A stretch of 64,000 bases of DNA from Orbicella franksi (lineage: Eukaryota): NCBI GenBank assembly GCA_964199315.1, contig OZ116708.1, forward strand, positions 21,328,001 to 21,392,000. Direction: 5' to 3'. Of this stretch, positions 60,610-64,000 are shown piece after piece; position 1 is the first letter of the stretch; the number at the start of each line of letters is the position of its first letter. The notes beneath the pieces are model-generated. The model searched no databases and was not told the origin of the DNA. It saw only the letters and a program-made list of their open reading frames with translations. The position numbers and the translations under genes are program-made.

Positions 60610-63600
60610 TGGGGAAATTTTTAGAAGTTATAAGTATTTTTTTTCAATTTAGAAACTGGGAAAGATGCTCTTTTATTCAAAACCAAAAACCGAAATGAAC
60701 AGCCCAACCATGTATTAGTCTGAGAGGTTTATATTTGAGTGTACAAATGCTTAGTTAAGTTATTTTCCCATATCTCAATTTTTTTAACCTGTTTGAAACT
60801 AATGTAACTCAATCAATTGGGCCAGTGAAAAGTGTTTATCATGCCCGTCTACGCCAGAAAAATTTGAAAACGGGGCTTCACTCTGAAAACGCCTCAAATC
60901 TTTTGAGAGGTTTATTTGTAAGTGTGCAAATGTTTTTCACTAATATTTTCCCCATATCTCAGTTGTTTTAACTTGTTTAAAATTAATGTGACTCACTCAA
61001 TTAGGCCAAATAATTGTGTTTATCACGCCCGACTAATAACGCCCCGTCAACACTACGCCAGAGAAGACTGAAGAGGGCGTTGTAACTCTGAAAACGCATC
61101 AAATGCTTTTCTTCCACAATACATCGGACAAATTTTAAAAAAAGCAACATTTTTTGGTCATTTTAGACTTGTGCTTGAGGAAATATTAGGAAGTGAAATC
61201 GCATGATTATCGTGCAGTCGTCGTTCCGAATAGCTCTGTTTTGAGAGGTTTATTTGTAAGTGTACAAATCTTTTTCATTGATATTTTCCGATATCTCAGT
61301 TGTTTTAACCTGTTTGAAACTAATGTAACTCAATTAATTAAGCCAATGAATTATGTTTATCATTCAGACCGGCTAATAACGCCCCGTTCACACTACGCCA
61401 GAGAATTAATTTTGAGAACGGCGTTTTCAGTCTGAAATCGAATTCAATGTTTTCCGTCCACAATACACAGGAGAAATTTTAAAAAACCAACAAGCATCGG
61501 TCATTTTGGACTTCTGCTTGAGCAAAACCCGAGCAGGGAAATCACATGATTATCTTACTGTCATTGTTTCAAAAATCTCTGCTTTGAAAGGTTTATTTAT
61601 ACATGTACTTGTGCAAATGCTTATTACAGTTATTTTCCCATATCTCAGCTGTTTTACTCTGTTTGGAACTAATGTAAGTCAATCATTAGGCCAATGAATA
61701 GAGTCTCGTCCCCGACTAATAACGCGCCGTCTACACTACGCCAGAGCAATTTGAAAACGGTGTTTTCACTCTGAAAACGCATCAAATGTTTTCCGTCTAC
61801 ACTAGCCCGGTGAAAGTTTCCTTTTAGGGAGGGTGTTCGTTAATACTCTGGGAGCCACCTTAAAATAACAATTCAATCTACGCGCGATTTGGCTGAAATG
61901 TGGAGTTAATACTGCTTCTAAAACGTAGAAAGATTTGGAAATGTTATTTAAAACAAAAATTATTTACAATTTTCATAATCAATTAGATTATGAGCTCGAG
62001 ATTTCTTCTAGATTTTAAACAAAGCAAACTGAATTAGATACGCGTCTTACTCTTCACTGATACGGGCTTTGTTTCCTGTGTTTTATAACTGGCGTTTAAT
62101 GAATTGAGAAATATTTGTCAATAATATGTGATAATTCTGATTGTGCGTTTAGATGTTCAAGGAGCTGTTTTTGTTGTAAACTACTCAGTTTACATACCAC
62201 AACACTACAGAGAAAGCAAATTATAGTGAGAAATTAGAAAATATCAACTACTAAGGTACTCTGGGAATAAAGTTGTATTATTCAAATTAGGTCAACGTTT
62301 TTATTTTGATCTCGTTAGGCGGTGAAGACACTTCGATGGGAATATTTTTTAGAAGTTATAACTATTTTTTTCAATTTAGCAACTGGGAAAGATGCTCTTT
62401 TGTCCAAAACCAATAACTCAAATTTTAAACATCCCAACCATGTATTGGACTTAGAGGTTTATTTTTTGAGTGTACAAATGCTTAGTAAAGTTATTTTCCC
62501 ATATCTCAATTGTTTTAACCTGTTTGAGACTAATGTAACTCAGTCAATTGGGCCAATGAACAGGGTTTATCATGCCCGACTACGCAACAGAAATTTGAAA
62601 AAAGGGTTTCACTCTGAAAACGCCTCAAATCTTTTTCCGTCCAAACTATGCCACAAAAAGTTGAAAAAGCAACAACCAGCGGTCATTTTGGAGTTTTGTT
62701 TGAGGTAAACTCGAGCAGGGAAATCTCAGGATTATGGTGCTGTCATCGTTTCCAGAAGCTCTCTTTTGAGAGGTTTATTTGTAAGTGCACAAATGTTTTT
62801 CACCAATATTTTCCCGTATCTCAGTTTTCTTTACCAGTTTAAAAGTAATGCCGCTCAATCAATTAAGCCAATGAATTATGTTTATCGTGCCTGACTAATA
62901 ACGCCACGTCCACTCTACACCAGTGAAATTTGAAAACGGGGTTCAGTTCTTTGTGAAAACGCATGAAATATTTTTCCGTCCACACTATGTCAGAAAATCT
63001 TGAAAAAGCAACAATCCCGGTCATTTTGGACTTGAGGAAAACTCGGCTAGACGGGGAAATCAAATAAAATCATGGCGCTGTCATCGCTCGAAAGCTTCTG
63101 TTTCAATTATCTTAACCAGTTTTCATCGTTCCGAAAAGTTCTGTTTTGAGAGGTTTATTTGTAAGGGTATGTTTTTCACCGATATTTTCCCATATCCCTC
63201 AATTGTTTTAACCTGTTTGAAACTAATGTAACACAGTCAATTAAGCCAATGAACAGTGTTTATCATGCCCGATTAATAACGCCTCGTCCACAGTACGCCA
63301 GAGAAATTTGCAAACGGCGTTTTCACTCTGAAAACGCATGAAATATTTTCCGTCCACACTACGCCGGAGAAATTTGAAAAAGCAACAATCACCGGTCATT
63401 CTGGACTTCTGTTTGAGGAAAACTCGGTCAGACGGCGAAATCACATGATTTGAGTCTCGTGCCCGACTAACAGCACCCCGTCAACACTACGCCGGAGAAA
63501 TTTGAAAACGGCATTTTCACTGAAAACGCATTAAATATTTTCCGTCCACACTACGCCGGAGAAACTTGAAAAAGCAACAATCACTGATCATTTTGGATTT

Positions 63601-63760
63601 GTGTTTGAGGAAACCTCGTGCAGGGAAAGCACATGATTGTCGTGCTGTCATCCTTTCGAAAAGCTCTGTTGTGAGATTTTAATTTGCAAGTGGACAAATG
63701 TTTTTCATTGATATTTTTCATTGATATTAAGGAGCTTAGGCCTAAATGACTGATATATCT
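60610..63760 (+). repeat. MITE-derived satellite in two blocks (60610-61820 and 62335-63760)
   Basis: The anchor gagaggtttat or variants occurs at 60722, 60905, 61243, 61586, 62453, 62768, 63148 and 63673. Each monomer is a unique segment (ttttcccatatctc...aactaatgtaac...gccaatgaa) plus a truncated ccgtccacactacgccggagaaatttgaaaacg MITE. Confidence 0.9.
61825..62285 (+). repeat. Segmental duplicate B (spacer between the satellite blocks)
   Basis: ttagg(g)agggtgttcg...gggagccacctt...gtggagttaatactgcttctaa recurs at 63902-64000; the downstream part matches 58290-58630. Confidence 0.85.
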
Positions 63761-63901
63761 GCCAGTCATTAGACGAGATGTTGCCATAGAAACGGCCTTG
63801 ATCCAAAAACTCACAACCAAAAAATAAGCCTTATTTCAACAGTACCCATACTGGTAAATCTCTACGGGGAAATCTTGAAGAGAATTTAACTAAGTTTCCT
63901 G

Positions 63902-64000
63902 TTAGGGAGGGTGTTCGTAAATACTCTTGGGAGCCACCTTAAAACAACAATTCAATGCACGAGCAATTTGGCTGATATGTGGAGTTAATACTGCTTCTAA
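63902..64000 (+). repeat. Segmental duplicate C, running off the window end
   Basis: Matches 61825-61921 at an offset of about 2.08 kb. Confidence 0.85.

Noticed and set aside
1-64000. Prokaryotic defence, phage or operon-type system
   Set aside because: Coding density is low, all long ORFs belong to spliceosomal-intron genes or a metazoan GPCR, and no bacterial or viral segment was seen.

Overview
Eukaryotic, intron-rich genomic DNA with no prokaryotic operon, CRISPR array or rRNA/tRNA gene. It is most likely from a stony coral; this is inferred from recalled coral repeat families, the coral-type single-exon GPCR and the gene structures. Four protein-coding genes were assembled by hand from splice sites: (1) the 3' part of an unidentified + strand gene encoding a low-complexity tail, with five frame-neutral phase-1 small exons; (2) a complete 8-exon PDZRN3/4-like RING-PDZ E3 ligase (15583-34248, about 997 aa); (3) a complete 6-exon PNPLA8/iPLA2-gamma (37896-45112, 468 aa) with an intact catalytic dyad but no C-terminal SKL; (4) an orphan rhodopsin-class GPCR on the - strand (59377-60336). 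The rest is MITEs, tRNA-derived SINEs and satellites. The observations most worth follow-up are: a MADF-carrying Harbinger-like relic against the PNPLA8 5' end; a 265-bp near-perfect hairpin of Penelope-like termini with hammerhead-like geometry; a locus with strong splice signals on both strands (45.8-48.2 kb); a cryptic 138-bp duplication in PDZRN intron 3; and a MITE-derived higher-order satellite next to the GPCR. I did not find a clearly new biological system. Repeat-family names and human comparisons are from memory and need database confirmation.
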